Shown here: in pieces, positions 11,238 to 21,700 of the stretch | Numbering within the stretch: position 1 is the first letter of the stretch | Layout: each line of letters opens with the position of its first letter | Source: Rebecca billardiae RCC1528 | Lineage: Eukaryota; Protista; Haptophyta | Assembly: GCA_965240325.2 (NCBI GenBank) | Contig: OZ251222.1 | Span: 4,712,001-4,776,000 of the forward strand | Direction: 5' to 3' | Length of the DNA stretch: 64,000 nt | Made by a program: the position numbers and the translations under genes | Notes under the pieces: model-generated | What the model saw: only the letters and a program-made list of their open reading frames with translations | Databases searched by the model: none | What the model was told of the DNA's origin: nothing

Positions 11238-12226
11238 GCTCGATTCGCGGCCCCCGCCCGCGGGGGCGCGCGCGGCGCGGCGGCGGACGCGCGCGGGTGG
11301 GACGGGAGCCGATCGAGCCGGATGCCCAGCGCATGCACGATCATCCGCTGCGTCGCCGCGCCGCCGCCCGCGCGTGGCGGCGGCGCCATCTGCACGGGCG
11401 AGCCGACGAAGCCTGCGGCGGCAGCGGCCGAGGGCGGCGCGAGCGCGGCCGCGCGCTGCGGCGGCGGCGGCGGCCTCGCCGCGGCGGCGGCGCGGCGCTC
11501 GGCGCGCTTCTGCCGGGTTGGGCACGCTGCGCTGAGCATGCCCAGCTCGCCGAGCGCCTCGTCGAGCGCCATCGGCCGCGCGCTGCCCATCCCCGCACGC
11601 GCCGCACCGCGCCCTGCGCCCTCGCCCTCAGCGCCCGGCTGGCGCGCGCCGACGCGGAGGCCTGCGCCTCCGCCCAGCCCGCCGTCCTCGTCCATCGACG
11701 CCTGGTGCGCGAGCCACCACGGGAAGAGCTCGCCGAGCCGCGCGTAGTCGTGGTCCCAGTAGGGCCAGGACTTCATCAGCCGCTCGAACGAGGCGTACGA
11801 CCGGCGCGTGTGCACGGCAGGATCGTATCGCGCGCCCGGCGCAGCGCGCGCCGGCGGCAGATCCGCGGCGGGCGGCGCGGGCGGTGCAGGCGCCTCGGCG
11901 TGCGCGGGTGGCGGAGGAGGTCGAGCGCGCGCATCGCCGGCCGGCGCGCCCTTCCGCCGGCCGACGACGACGTCGAGCTCCTCGAGCAGCGCCGTGACGC
12001 GCACAGCGTGGTCTCCCTGCAGCTCGAGCTCTGCGCCGCTGCCGGCCGGCACGCGCCCCCCCGCGCCGTGCCGGCGCTTGAGCTCGTGCAGCAGGGCATC
12101 CGCGCCGCTCTGGATGTTGCGCACGACCGTGACCACCTTGCCGTGGCTCCGCTTCTCGACGGCGACCGGCAAGCCACCCTTCTTCGTCGCATGCACTCGG
12201 ATGGCGGCCACGTCCGCCGCCGCCAT
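10109..12226 (-). CDS. SUI1/eIF1-domain protein with several UIM-like motifs and a C-terminal helical domain
   Basis: VEKRSHGKVVTVVRNI...LLHELKRRHGAGG...ELQGDH (SUI1); SEEAALAHALSLS, DHQLAHALRLSL x2, SEAEALELALALS (UIM-like); ATG at 12226 chosen because the upstream part overlaps the Ppx gene. Confidence 0.7.
10682..10867. repeat. Two tandem 93-bp coding repeats duplicating a UIM-like unit
   Basis: Units start at 10682 and 10775 and are near-identical. Confidence 0.9.
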
Positions 12227-12272
12227 CGCCGCGACGTCCAAGGAGCGGCTCTTCAAGGCCCACGAATCCACG

Positions 12273-13358
12273 ATGGCGTCCGACGATGAGGGCGACCTCC
12301 CTGTGGGTGAGGTGCACAGGCGCGGCGCGTTCGACATCGGCAGCGGCGCGATCAAGCTGCAGATCGCCGACGTCGACGCCGAATCCGGCGCGCTGCTGCG
12401 CGTCCTCTTCGCGCACGAGGAGCCCGTCAAATTTGCGCTCGACTGGAAGACGCACGGCGAGCTGAGCGCGCAGATCCAGCACGCGGGCATGGTGGTGCTG
12501 CGCGACATGTGCGCGCGGTGCTCGCGGAGCGGGGTCACCGCGTACGCGGCCATCGCCACCGAGGTCTTCCGCAAGGCGCCCAACGGCCCCGCCTACCTCG
12601 CGGGGCTGGCGAACGAGCTCGGCCTGCGCGTGGAGACGGTGTCGCAGCAGGAGGAGGCGCGCCTCGGCTTCCTCACCGCGGTGGCGCTGAGCGCGCGGCC
12701 GCGCGCCGAGGTGATCGCGTGGGACTCGGGCGGCGCGAGCTTCCAGATCACCAAGGCCGACGCCAGCGGCGAGCTCCTCGTCTACTCGGGCGCGCTCGGC
12801 GCGAGCGTCGCGACCGCGCTGCTGGTGGAGCGCGTGCAAGGCTCCAGCCTGGCCGCCAAGCCCACGCCCAACCCGTGCACGCTCGACGAGGCGGAGGCGC
12901 TGGTCGCGCTGCTGCGCGAGGCGCTGCCCGAGCCGCCGGCGTGGCTGCGCGCCGCGCCCATCGTCACCGCCATCGGCGGCCCGCTCTCGCTCTTCAACAT
13001 GGCGGGGCAGGTGCTGCGCGAGGAGGCGGGCGGGCCGCCCGCTCAGGGCCATCCGGCGGCGGCAGCGGACGGCGCCGAGTCGGCGGCGGCGGCGGCGCCC
13101 GCGGCCGACCCTGCGGGCGTGCGCGGCGCGCAGCCCGTGCGCCTGCGCCTCGAGCAGGTGCGCGGCGCCTTGCTCGCCAAGCTGGGCGAGTCTGACGAGG
13201 TGCTGCGCGCGTGCGGCTACCGCGAGGTCGAGCTGCTGCTGCCCAAGCTCTGCCTGCTCTGCGCGGTGATGGAGAGGTGCGACCTGCGCGAGGTCGAGTA
13301 CGTGCCGGCAATCGGCTCGTGCGCCGGGCTGCTCGTGAGCGGCGAGCGCTTCAGGTGA
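12273..13358 (+). CDS. Ppx/GppA-family phosphatase (exopolyphosphatase / pppGpp phosphohydrolase-like, ASKHA fold)
   Basis: AFDIGSGAIK, AIATEVFRKAPNG, VSQQEEARLGF, WDSGGASFQI. Confidence 0.85.
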   Translation: MASDDEGDLPVGEVHRRGAFDIGSGAIKLQIADVDAESGALLRVLFAHEEPVKFALDWKTHGELSAQIQHAGMVVLRDMCARCSRSGVTAYAAIATEVFRKAPNGPAYLAGLANELGLRVETVSQQEEARLGFLTAVALSARPRAEVIAWDSGGASFQITKADASGELLVYSGALGASVATALLVERVQGSSLAAKPTPNPCTLDEAEALVALLREALPEPPAWLRAAPIVTAIGGPLSLFNMAGQVLREEAGGPPAQGHPAAAADGAESAAAAAPAADPAGVRGAQPVRLRLEQVRGALLAKLGESDEVLRACGYREVELLLPKLCLLCAVMERCDLREVEYVPAIGSCAGLLVSGERFR

Positions 13359-13596
13359 CGCCGCTGCTCTGCGTCGAGGAGGCTCGCTGGCGAATCTCAG
13401 GACGGGGCGGACAGATGCACTTGCCGATTGACGACGATCCGCGATATGGCGATATCGTCATGACGACGAATCAATCTAGCATCACTACGACATATCACGC
13501 ATGCCGAATGATGTATAGTCTGCGACACTGTCGAGTCCGCTCTGCCGACCGTCGCGTCGGCCTCGCTTCATCAGCATATCATCGTCATCATATATA

Positions 13597-13690
13597 TGTG
13601 GGGTATAGTTATTGGTACAATAACTGATTGTCTAAGAGGACGACAAGAACGCCGGGCGCCAGCGCCGCTCATCAGCCACATCGCCCTCTA
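13597..13690 (+). mobile_element. Terminal fragment of the (TA)n-associated dispersed repeat, in inverted orientation
   Basis: Reverse complement of ~14134-14219 and ~47316-47404; flanked by TATA runs. Confidence 0.8.
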
Positions 13691-13735
13691 TATCGTCTGT
13701 GTCGCGTCGTCTGATACTGTATATATATATATATA

Positions 13736-14216
13736 TGTTTAGCGCCGTCCGCCTCGTGAACGCCGACGCCAACTGCTGGCCGAAGGTGGGCACGCCGCCT
13801 GGCATGTCGATGCTGAGGCGGCTGCGTGTGTTCCTACTCAGTGATGGGATTTATGTGTCGTCCTCATGCCTTGGCCAGCGGCAGCAGATGCGGTGGGCAT
13901 GCCGCTCGCCGTCGACGTCGCCGAAAGATGTTGGTCGGTGCACGCGACGCGCCACCCGCGTGCGAGCCGCCGCCGCCGGCGACGCAGGACGAGCTTGGCT
14001 GAAGCCACCTCGCACGCCGCGCCTGGCGAAGCAGGCGGCAGAGGCCGGCGCCGGAAACCGATCTCCTGGGCGGCAGAAAAACCCGGACAGACTGTTTGTC
14101 CGGGAGCAGCCCTTTGAGGCGATGGTCTGTTACAGGGCGATGTGGCTGATGAGCGGCGCTGGCGCCCGGCGTTCTTGTCGTCCTCTTAGACAATCAGTTA
14201 TTGTACCAATAACCCC

Positions 14217-14219
<3 letters not shown>
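13736..14219 (-). mobile_element. Non-coding dispersed repeat with TG...CA ends inserted between (TA)n tracts
   Basis: 13926-14219 is homologous to 47112-47404; (TA)n at 13719-13735 and 14219-14273. Confidence 0.75.
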
Positions 14220-14277
<58 letters not shown>

Positions 14278-14973
14278 GATCGTCGTCCGATCAGAGTCGT
14301 CGATCGTGATGATGATATATGACGACGATGCGTGCGCATATCGTCATAGCGCACTGTGATATGACGATACAGTTTACTGCTACTAAGAATAAGAGACGCA
14401 CACATCAGCTCCGGCAGGCGAGATTGACGCCCGCCCAAACTGTCACGACCGCTCATGAAGCCGCCGTTGCCAATGGTAGCGCCGTCATCGCGGAAATCCA
14501 TTCAGCCGTCCGCCTGCGAGGCCTCGATGAGGGCTGCGGCCGCCTCGCGGCGCGCCAGCGCCCGTCGTCCTCGCCCCACCGTCGTCATCCACAAAACGTC
14601 GACATACAGTAGTATGACTACGATGACAGTCATGATGCACTACCGCCGTGCGTCGTGGTTCAGACGATAACTGGCGGTCGTCGTCATCACGATCGTCCTA
14701 CACGTTACTACGCAATAAGACGACAACTGCTGAGCTGCTGTCCGTGCTGCGCGCATCATGACCGTCGTCACACCGCATCAAGCCATCATGATGTCGATGA
14801 CATATGCATGTACTGCAGTCGTCGCGATTTATTACGAGTACGCGACGACACTACTGCTATATATATATACACACATCAATGATGACGACACAACGACTGA
14901 CGACTGTCATGAGTCGTCAGACGTCAGCCATCGGACAGCATGCGTATGCATCACACTGTATCATGCGTCGTCG

Positions 14974-16482
14974 TCAGATGTTTGCAAACTTCGGCAATGC
15001 CTGCGTGATCAGTGCGATGTTGTCGGCAGCAATCATCGGCGCCGTCAAGTGAGCACGCTTTTGACGGTGCGTCGTCTTGCTCCGCGGCGCCGCCAGGCTT
15101 TGGGCCAGGCCGACGATGGCATGGCCCGTGGGCGCCCTGAGCTCAAAAGGCGCTGCATGCGATGCCGGGACCCTGCCGTCGGCATGCGCGCAGACCGAAC
15201 GGCTCACACGCTCGTCGTGCATCAAAGAGGCAGGATCTCGCCGCGTGACCAACTGGAGAGCGCAGATGCGCGCCGAGCCGTACGGCCCTACTTGCTGGCG
15301 CCAGCCGCGCAGGGCGACCAGGTACGCACCCGCCTCGATGGAGAGCCGCTGAGTATGACGTCCGCATCCAAAGTGATTTGGGCAGTCCAGCATCTTGAAG
15401 TCAATTCCTTCGATAAAGTCGAAGTCCGTGTGGACGTTCACCTGCATGACGCGCGGCGCAGCGCACGCCGCCCAGTGCGCGCGGTTCTCGCACGCGCATG
15501 CATGCGCACTCGGCGTGTGCGCCGCGAGATGGCGCGTGCACAGCCCAAGGTCTGCGACACTGCCGCACGATGTGACGCGGAGCGAGAGCGAGTGGACGTG
15601 CTCGCCGGGCGGCGCGCCCAACTCGAGCGCCGCGCCTTCGCACCGGCCGTACACCGGCGAGGCGCGGCCGAGGCTCGTGACGAACTGCAGGCCGGCCTCG
15701 CGCACTGCGCCGCCAACCGCACCGCGCGTCGCCCCTGTCCACGTGCGCACGCTCAGCAGCGACTCGTTGGGCTCGAGGCAAAAGGGCGGGCCAAGCGCGC
15801 CGTGTGAGCCGCCCCAGACGGTTGCCGTGCCGTCCGAGTAGTGGAACTCGATGCCGTTCACGAACTCGCCAGAGCGCGCCGTGAGCATGCATAGGCGCGC
15901 CGTCGCAGTCGCGACAGGAGCGTAGGCGGGGCGGAGCGTGCAGTAGCACGGCCGCACGAGCGCCGAGATCTCGGCGAGGACGATGTCACTTGGCGCGCAG
16001 CGCGTGCGCAGTGCGATCCGCGTAGGATATTCGCGGCCCATCTCCACGTCGAGCGAGATCACTTCCGTTCCCGGCGGCGCCACCAGCTCGAAGTTCTCGC
16101 TCCCTCCGGGCCCGCCCCACGTCGGCGAGGATCGACCGCGGCTCGTGAGGAAGGCGAGTGCGTCGACGTGGTCACCACGGCAGCCACGCACGCCAATGAG
16201 AAACTCACCAGGCAAGAGATGGAACGGCTCGCACTCCGTGCCGCCGCTGCCGCCCCAGCGCGCGCTCGTGCCGTCGGAGTAATGGAAAGCAAGCGCATCG
16301 ACCCAGCAGCCGGTGCGCGCGCTGATCGTGCGAAGCCAGCGCGCGTTGAGCAGGCGCAAGAAGTACGCGACACGGCGCAAGCAGTCGGGCGGGAGATGGG
16401 CCAGGGGGCTGAGCGCGCCGAGACGCGGGTGCAGCGCCATCGCCAGCGCGAGGGCGCGGTGGTAGTCCTGGGTGGCGTTCAT
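14974..16482 (-). CDS. Protein with an N-terminal HPRLG/F-box-like motif and ~3 jacalin-like lectin domains
   Basis: LAMALHPRLGALSPLAHLPPDCLRRV; WVDALAFHYSDGTSARWGGSGG...HVDALAFLTSRGRSSPTWGG; FVNGIEFHYSDG; the C-terminal end is uncertain. Confidence 0.7.
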   Translation of the reverse strand: MNATQDYHRALALAMALHPRLGALSPLAHLPPDCLRRVAYFLRLLNARWLRTISARTGCWVDALAFHYSDGTSARWGGSGGTECEPFHLLPGEFLIGVRGCRGDHVDALAFLTSRGRSSPTWGGPGGSENFELVAPPGTEVISLDVEMGREYPTRIALRTRCAPSDIVLAEISALVRPCYCTLRPAYAPVATATARLCMLTARSGEFVNGIEFHYSDGTATVWGGSHGALGPPFCLEPNESLLSVRTWTGATRGAVGGAVREAGLQFVTSLGRASPVYGRCEGAALELGAPPGEHVHSLSLRVTSCGSVADLGLCTRHLAAHTPSAHACACENRAHWAACAAPRVMQVNVHTDFDFIEGIDFKMLDCPNHFGCGRHTQRLSIEAGAYLVALRGWRQQVGPYGSARICALQLVTRRDPASLMHDERVSRSVCAHADGRVPASHAAPFELRAPTGHAIVGLAQSLAAPRSKTTHRQKRAHLTAPMIAADNIALITQALPKFANI

Positions 16483-16539
16483 CTTGGCCGTTGGAGCTTT
16501 GGCGGAGGTCGCTCGTCGTCGCTCCGCAGTCGGTCGATC

Positions 16540-17645
16540 CAAGGGAGGTCCGGGCCGGGAGCTCCCAGCGAGCGGCCAGCGCGACATCACCTCAAGGTTT
16601 TTCCTGAGCGCCGGGCGGCAGCGGCGGCGAGGGCGGTGCTCCGCTGGCGGGGCGCGCACGGGGCACGGCGCTGCGGGCGCGGATGTGTCCGCAGAGCCGG
16701 CGCGTGCGGACGGGCTGTTGCGGGAGAGCATCTGGCGCCCTCCTGCGCCGCGCGCATTGCGCCACGCCTCTTTCGCCTTGACTCAGGGCAGCGCGCACAT
16801 GCGCGCTGCGTCAAGGCCAGCCTTGCCGCGCCGCAGCCGACCGCACGCGCGCCGTGCGCGGCGTGGTCGGGAAGGAACGGGCGCGGCTGCCGGGCGAGAT
16901 GGCGACATCACGTGCGCACGCCATGTCGTCCCGCGGCGCCGCGAAAGGGCGCGATAACGGATCCGCACAGCTGTTGACGAGTGCTGATTTCTTGCCGTGC
17001 CTGAAGCCAGACCTGAGCTCGAAAAAGATGATGAAAGTGCATCAGCGCGAGGAAAGCGTCGCACCCAGCACTTCTACATGGCCACGTGGTGATGGACATT
17101 CATGTAAGAGTAGTCCGCGTGCCCGTCTGGCACTGTTCTGTGTCTCAATGATCGTCCCGACAAGGGTCGCGACCGCGAGGCCGTGCAGACCATTTGAGAC
17201 AACTCGAAGAGGCGTGCAAACGGACCGGCGACACGCTCGTCAAGGCGTGGCGGGGCGGCATGGCGTGCGCACGTGATGTCGCCATCTCGCCCGGCAGCCA
17301 CGCCCGTTCCTTCCCGACCACGCCGCGCACGGCGCGCGCGCGGTCGGCTGCGGCGCGGCAAGGCTGGCCTTGACGCGGCGCGCATGTGCGCGCTGCCCTG
17401 AGTCAAGGCGAAAGAGGCGTGGCGCAATGCGCGCGGCGCAGGAGGGCGCCAGATGCTCTCCCGCAACAGCCCGTCCGCACGCGCCGGCTCTGCGGGCACA
17501 TCCGCGCCCGCAGCGCCGTGCCCCGTGCGCGCCCCGCCAGCGGAGCACCGCCCTCGCCGCCGCTGCCGCCCGGCGCTCAGGAAAAAACCTTGAGGTGATG
17601 TCGCGCTGGCCGCTCGCTGGGAGCTCCCGGCCCGGACCTCCCTTG
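16540..17645. mobile_element. Non-autonomous foldback / long-TIR element with ~390-bp inverted arms and a ~300-bp spacer
   Basis: 16540-~16935 is the near-perfect reverse complement of ~17250-17645; no TSD recognised. Confidence 0.85.
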
Positions 17646-17808
17646 CCGGCACGGACGGTCACGATGGACAGAGTCAGAGCGCGCGTAACTGTAGCGACAG
17701 TCTGATGGCAGGCTGTGCGTGGCCTGTGCCTGCTGTGCAGGCAAAGTTGGATGCGAGATGTATGGCCGTCAGTCCGTCTGTGTGACACTCTGGCAGCAGT
17801 ACGGTCTC

Positions 17809-18441
17809 TCACTGGGATTCATCGTCAGTGGCATCCTTCACGCGGACGACTGACGGGAATGGCTGCAACCAGCCACGCTCGATGACCGCATCAATGGCAG
17901 CGGCTGCACCGGCAAACGCGCAGCCGGCCACGACGAGGGCGGTCACGCCTTGCGCGAGCATGGTGCCGTCAAGGTAGAGGCCAAGCGGTGGGCAGCGAAG
18001 CGGTGCTACCAAGCACGAGTCCGACACGTGGACGGCGGGTGCGGCGCGCGACACTGCAAAAGCACCGACGACACCCATGCGTACCTGCATGTCGCCATCC
18101 TCGCGCATCGCGTACCTGTACGTGATGGCAAAGAGCGCGCAGGATATAGCTATCGTGTCCACGTCGTACTCCCACTGCGCGAACTTGAAGCCGTCCGCGA
18201 CGGCGGCTGCGGGTAGTGCGGCGATTGAGCCGCTCACCGCGCCGACGACGGCTGCCTTTGCCGACTCCAGACGCTGCGCGCCGTCCGAAATGCCGCCGAG
18301 CGCCCAGCGCCCGGGCTTGTCAGCGTCCATCACAGTGGCGCTCCGCAGCCGCGGCAGGGCGCGCGGAGTGCCGCCGCCCTGGCGGCGGCACTCCGCGCGC
18401 CCTGCCGCGAGCGTCGCGGCGACGAGAAGGGCCAGCGGCAT
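17809..18441 (-). CDS. Conserved photosynthetic-lineage membrane protein, probably plastid-targeted
   Basis: Signal peptide plus Arg-rich transit-like region; RLESAKAAVVG, LFAITYRYAMRED, GVVGAFAVSR recall a cyanobacterial/plant uncharacterised family. Confidence 0.65.
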   Translation of the reverse strand: MPLALLVAATLAAGRAECRRQGGGTPRALPRLRSATVMDADKPGRWALGGISDGAQRLESAKAAVVGAVSGSIAALPAAAVADGFKFAQWEYDVDTIAISCALFAITYRYAMREDGDMQVRMGVVGAFAVSRAAPAVHVSDSCLVAPLRCPPLGLYLDGTMLAQGVTALVVAGCAFAGAAAAIDAVIERGWLQPFPSVVRVKDATDDESQ

Positions 18442-18734
18442 TACGGCCTCCGCGCGTCAGCAACTTGCGCCCTTTCGTTGATTTGACGCGAAGCCGAGGC
18501 CGGACTGACGAAGAATCGTCCGGACGTGAATTGCGGAAGTGCATGCGGGCGCGACTCCCGCAACGGCGACTTGTGCCGGCGAATGAAGCCGGGAAACCGC
18601 CGTGCCGGTCACTTTTGGCTTCTCACCCGTGGCAACGGAGGACGTCCTTCAGCTTCTAGAAGCCTCAGCCGGCCTGATTCCCGCCAGTGTCATCTCCGGC
18701 TAGCTGCACGTCGCGCCGGCACCGCGCGGAGAGG

Positions 18735-21700
18735 ATGGAGCACACGGATGCGGAGGCGGGCCCGCCGCAGCAGGGCGCGCGCTTGCGCCACCTGGAGGAC
18801 GCAGGCGTCCTCTCGCGCCTCACGATGTGGTGGATGGACTCGCTCATGCGGCTCGGCGCGTCCAAGGACCTGGAGATGGTCGACCTGTGGCGGCTGATGG
18901 ACTCGCAGACGGCCAAGCACCGCGGCGAGCTGCTGGCGCGCACGTGGGCGGAGGAGAGCGCGACCGCGCACGCAGCGGGCAAGCCCGCCTCGCTCGTGCG
19001 CGTGTGGCGCACGATCCACGGGCGCACGCTGTACACGACCGGCGCGATGCAGTTTGCCCAGCAGCTGTTGCAGATCGCCCCCTTCTACGTGCTGCGCGAG
19101 CTGCTCACGTCGATCACCGAGCAGCGCGGCGTGGTGGACGGGCTCATCTGGTCGGTGGTCCTGGTCTCGCTGCTGTCGGTGCGCACGTTCGTTGAGAACC
19201 ACTACTTCCGCATGATGTGCGCGCGCGCGCGCGCGCGCCGGGTGGCGCTGCGCGTGAGCCGCGGCCCGCGCTGCCCTCCGCTGCGCGTGCGGCGCGCGTG
19301 TGCTCACGCGATCCGCGCCGCCGCGCGCGCGCCGTGCGACGTCGCGCAGCATGACGTGGGCGCTCGAGCTGCGCGCGAGCGTGATGCACTTCGTCTACTC
19401 CAAGGCGCTCGTGCTCACGCCGACCGCGCGGCAGGCAAACTCGCTCGGCCAGATGGTCAACCTGATGCAGCTCGACACGGAGAAGCTGCTGATGAGCGTC
19501 GCGATGCTGCACCAGGCGTGGGCCGGGCTGTTCAACATCGTGCTGTGCGTCGGCTCGCTCATCTACGTGATCGGCCCGTCCGCGCTCGCCGGCGTCGCCA
19601 TCATCCTGCTGCTGATCCCCGTGTCGGGGTACCTGACTAACCTGATGCGCCGCTACCAGCGCGACTCTGCAAAGTTCACCGACGAGCGCGTGAAGGTGAT
19701 CAACGAGGTGCTGCAGGGGATCCGGATCATCAAGTTCTACTCGTGGGAGTCGTCGTTCCTCCAGCGCATCCACGCGCTGCGCGACCGCGAGCTCTCCAAG
19801 CTGCGCTCCAAGGCGATGCTGAAGGCGCTCTCATCTGTCTTTCTGCACGCCGCGCCCGCGTTCACCACCATCGCCACGTTTGGCGTGTACGTCGCGGCGG
19901 GCAACGAGATCTCGAAGGCGAACGTGCCGGTGATCTTTACCGCGCTCGCGCTCTTCGCGCAGCTGCGCATGCCGCTCATGATGTACCCGATGGTGCGCGC
20001 GGCGCGGGCGGCGCGCATCGCGGCCCGGCCCGCGCGCAGCGCCCGCGTGGCCCTGTGTGGCGCCGCGCGCGGCGGCTCGCTCACCCGTCACGCCCCGCCC
20101 CGCCCCGCCGCCGCGGCTTGGCGCGACGCGCGCGCGCAGGTGCTGGCGATGCTGTCCGACGCGCGGGTGTCGGTGACGCGCCTCGAGCGCTACTTCGCGC
20201 TGAAGGAGCTCGAGAGCGGCAGCGCCGCCACGCGCCACCCGGAGGCGGCGCGCGTGCACGTGCGCATCAGCGAGGGCACCTTCAGCTGGGACCCCGAGCT
20301 CACCACCGACGGCTCGTCCGGCCGGCTGGCGGACATCGGCGCGGGGAAGGGGAAGAAGGGGAAGAAGGAGGGGCCGAAGGGCGCGCCGGCGGGCAAGGAC
20401 GCCGGCGGCGCGGGCGAGCAGAGCGGCTCGCAGCGCCGCACGCTGCTCGGCCGCGGCGGCAAGGGCAAGGGCAAGGGCAAGGGCTCGGACGCGGCCGCGG
20501 TCGCGTCGAGCGTGCCGCCCACCGGCGCGACGCCGGACAAGGGCCTCGCGCCCGTGCCGGACGCCGCCGAGGGCGCGCCCGCGGCCGCGGCGAAGAGCGG
20601 GCCGACGCTGGTGGAGGTGGACTTCACCGCCGAGCCGGGCAAGCTCACGATGATCACCGGCGCGGTCGGCTCGGGCAAGAGCTCGCTCCTCTCCGCGCTG
20701 CTCGGCGAGATGCGCGTGGACGGCGGCAGCGCGCGCGTGGACGGCTCGGTCGCGTACGTCTCGCAGCACGCGTGGATCCTCAACGCCACCGTGCGCGAGA
20801 ACATCCTCTTCTTCGCGCCGTACGACGCGGCGCGGTACGACGAGGCGGTCGCGCTCGCGGCGCTCACGCACGACCTCGACGCGCTGCCCGCGGGCGACGC
20901 GACCGAGATCGGCGAGCGCGGCATCAACCTGTCGGGCGGGCAGAAGCAGCGCATCTCGATCGCGCGCGCGCTGTACGCGCGCGCGAGCATCGTGGTGATG
21001 GACGACCCGCTGTCCGCGCTGGACGCGCACGTCTCGCGCGCGATCTTCGAGCGGTGCATCAAGGGCCACCTGGTCGCGCAGGGCCGCACCGTGCTGCTTG
21101 TCACCAACCAGATCCAGTTTGCGCACGAGGCGGACCACCTCGTCGTGCTGCGCGAGGGGCGCGTGGCCGAGGCGGGCACGTACGTGCACCTGCTCGCGCG
21201 CGACGGCGACTTCGCGGCGCTGATGCGCTCGATGCGCACGGACGGGGGCAAGGGGGGTGAGGAGGGCGAGCGCGGCGCCGCGCCGGCCGAGGCCGACGCC
21301 GACGCCGACGCCGCCGCCGCGCCGCCGCCGCCGGCGGCCGCCGCCGCCGCGCCGCCGCCGCCGCCGCCGCCGCCCGCGGCCAAGCCCGGCGCGGCCGCGG
21401 CCGCGGGCGGCGCGGCGGGCGGCGCGGCGGGCCCCGGCGCGGCGGCGCCGTCGGGCGCGCTGATGCAGCGCGAGCAGCGCCAGCGCGGCTCGGTCAAGTC
21501 CTCGGTGTACGCCGCCTACTTCCGCGCGGCGGGCGCGAGCCACCTCGCGCTGCTCGTGCTGCTGCTGTACGCGGCCAACCAGGCGAACATGGTGCTGAGC
21601 GACGCGTGGCTGAGCATCTGGAGCGAGGGGACGGCGTTCCCGGGGCAGACGATGACCTTCTACCTCGGCGTGTTCGTCGCGCTGGGCGTCACCCTCTCGC

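Noticed and set aside
11808-12583. Apparent long coding overlap between the SUI1 and Ppx ORFs
   Set aside because: Recognisable domains begin right after ATGs at 12226 (-) and 12273 (+); the extensions are antisense read-through. The same applies at 58208-59175
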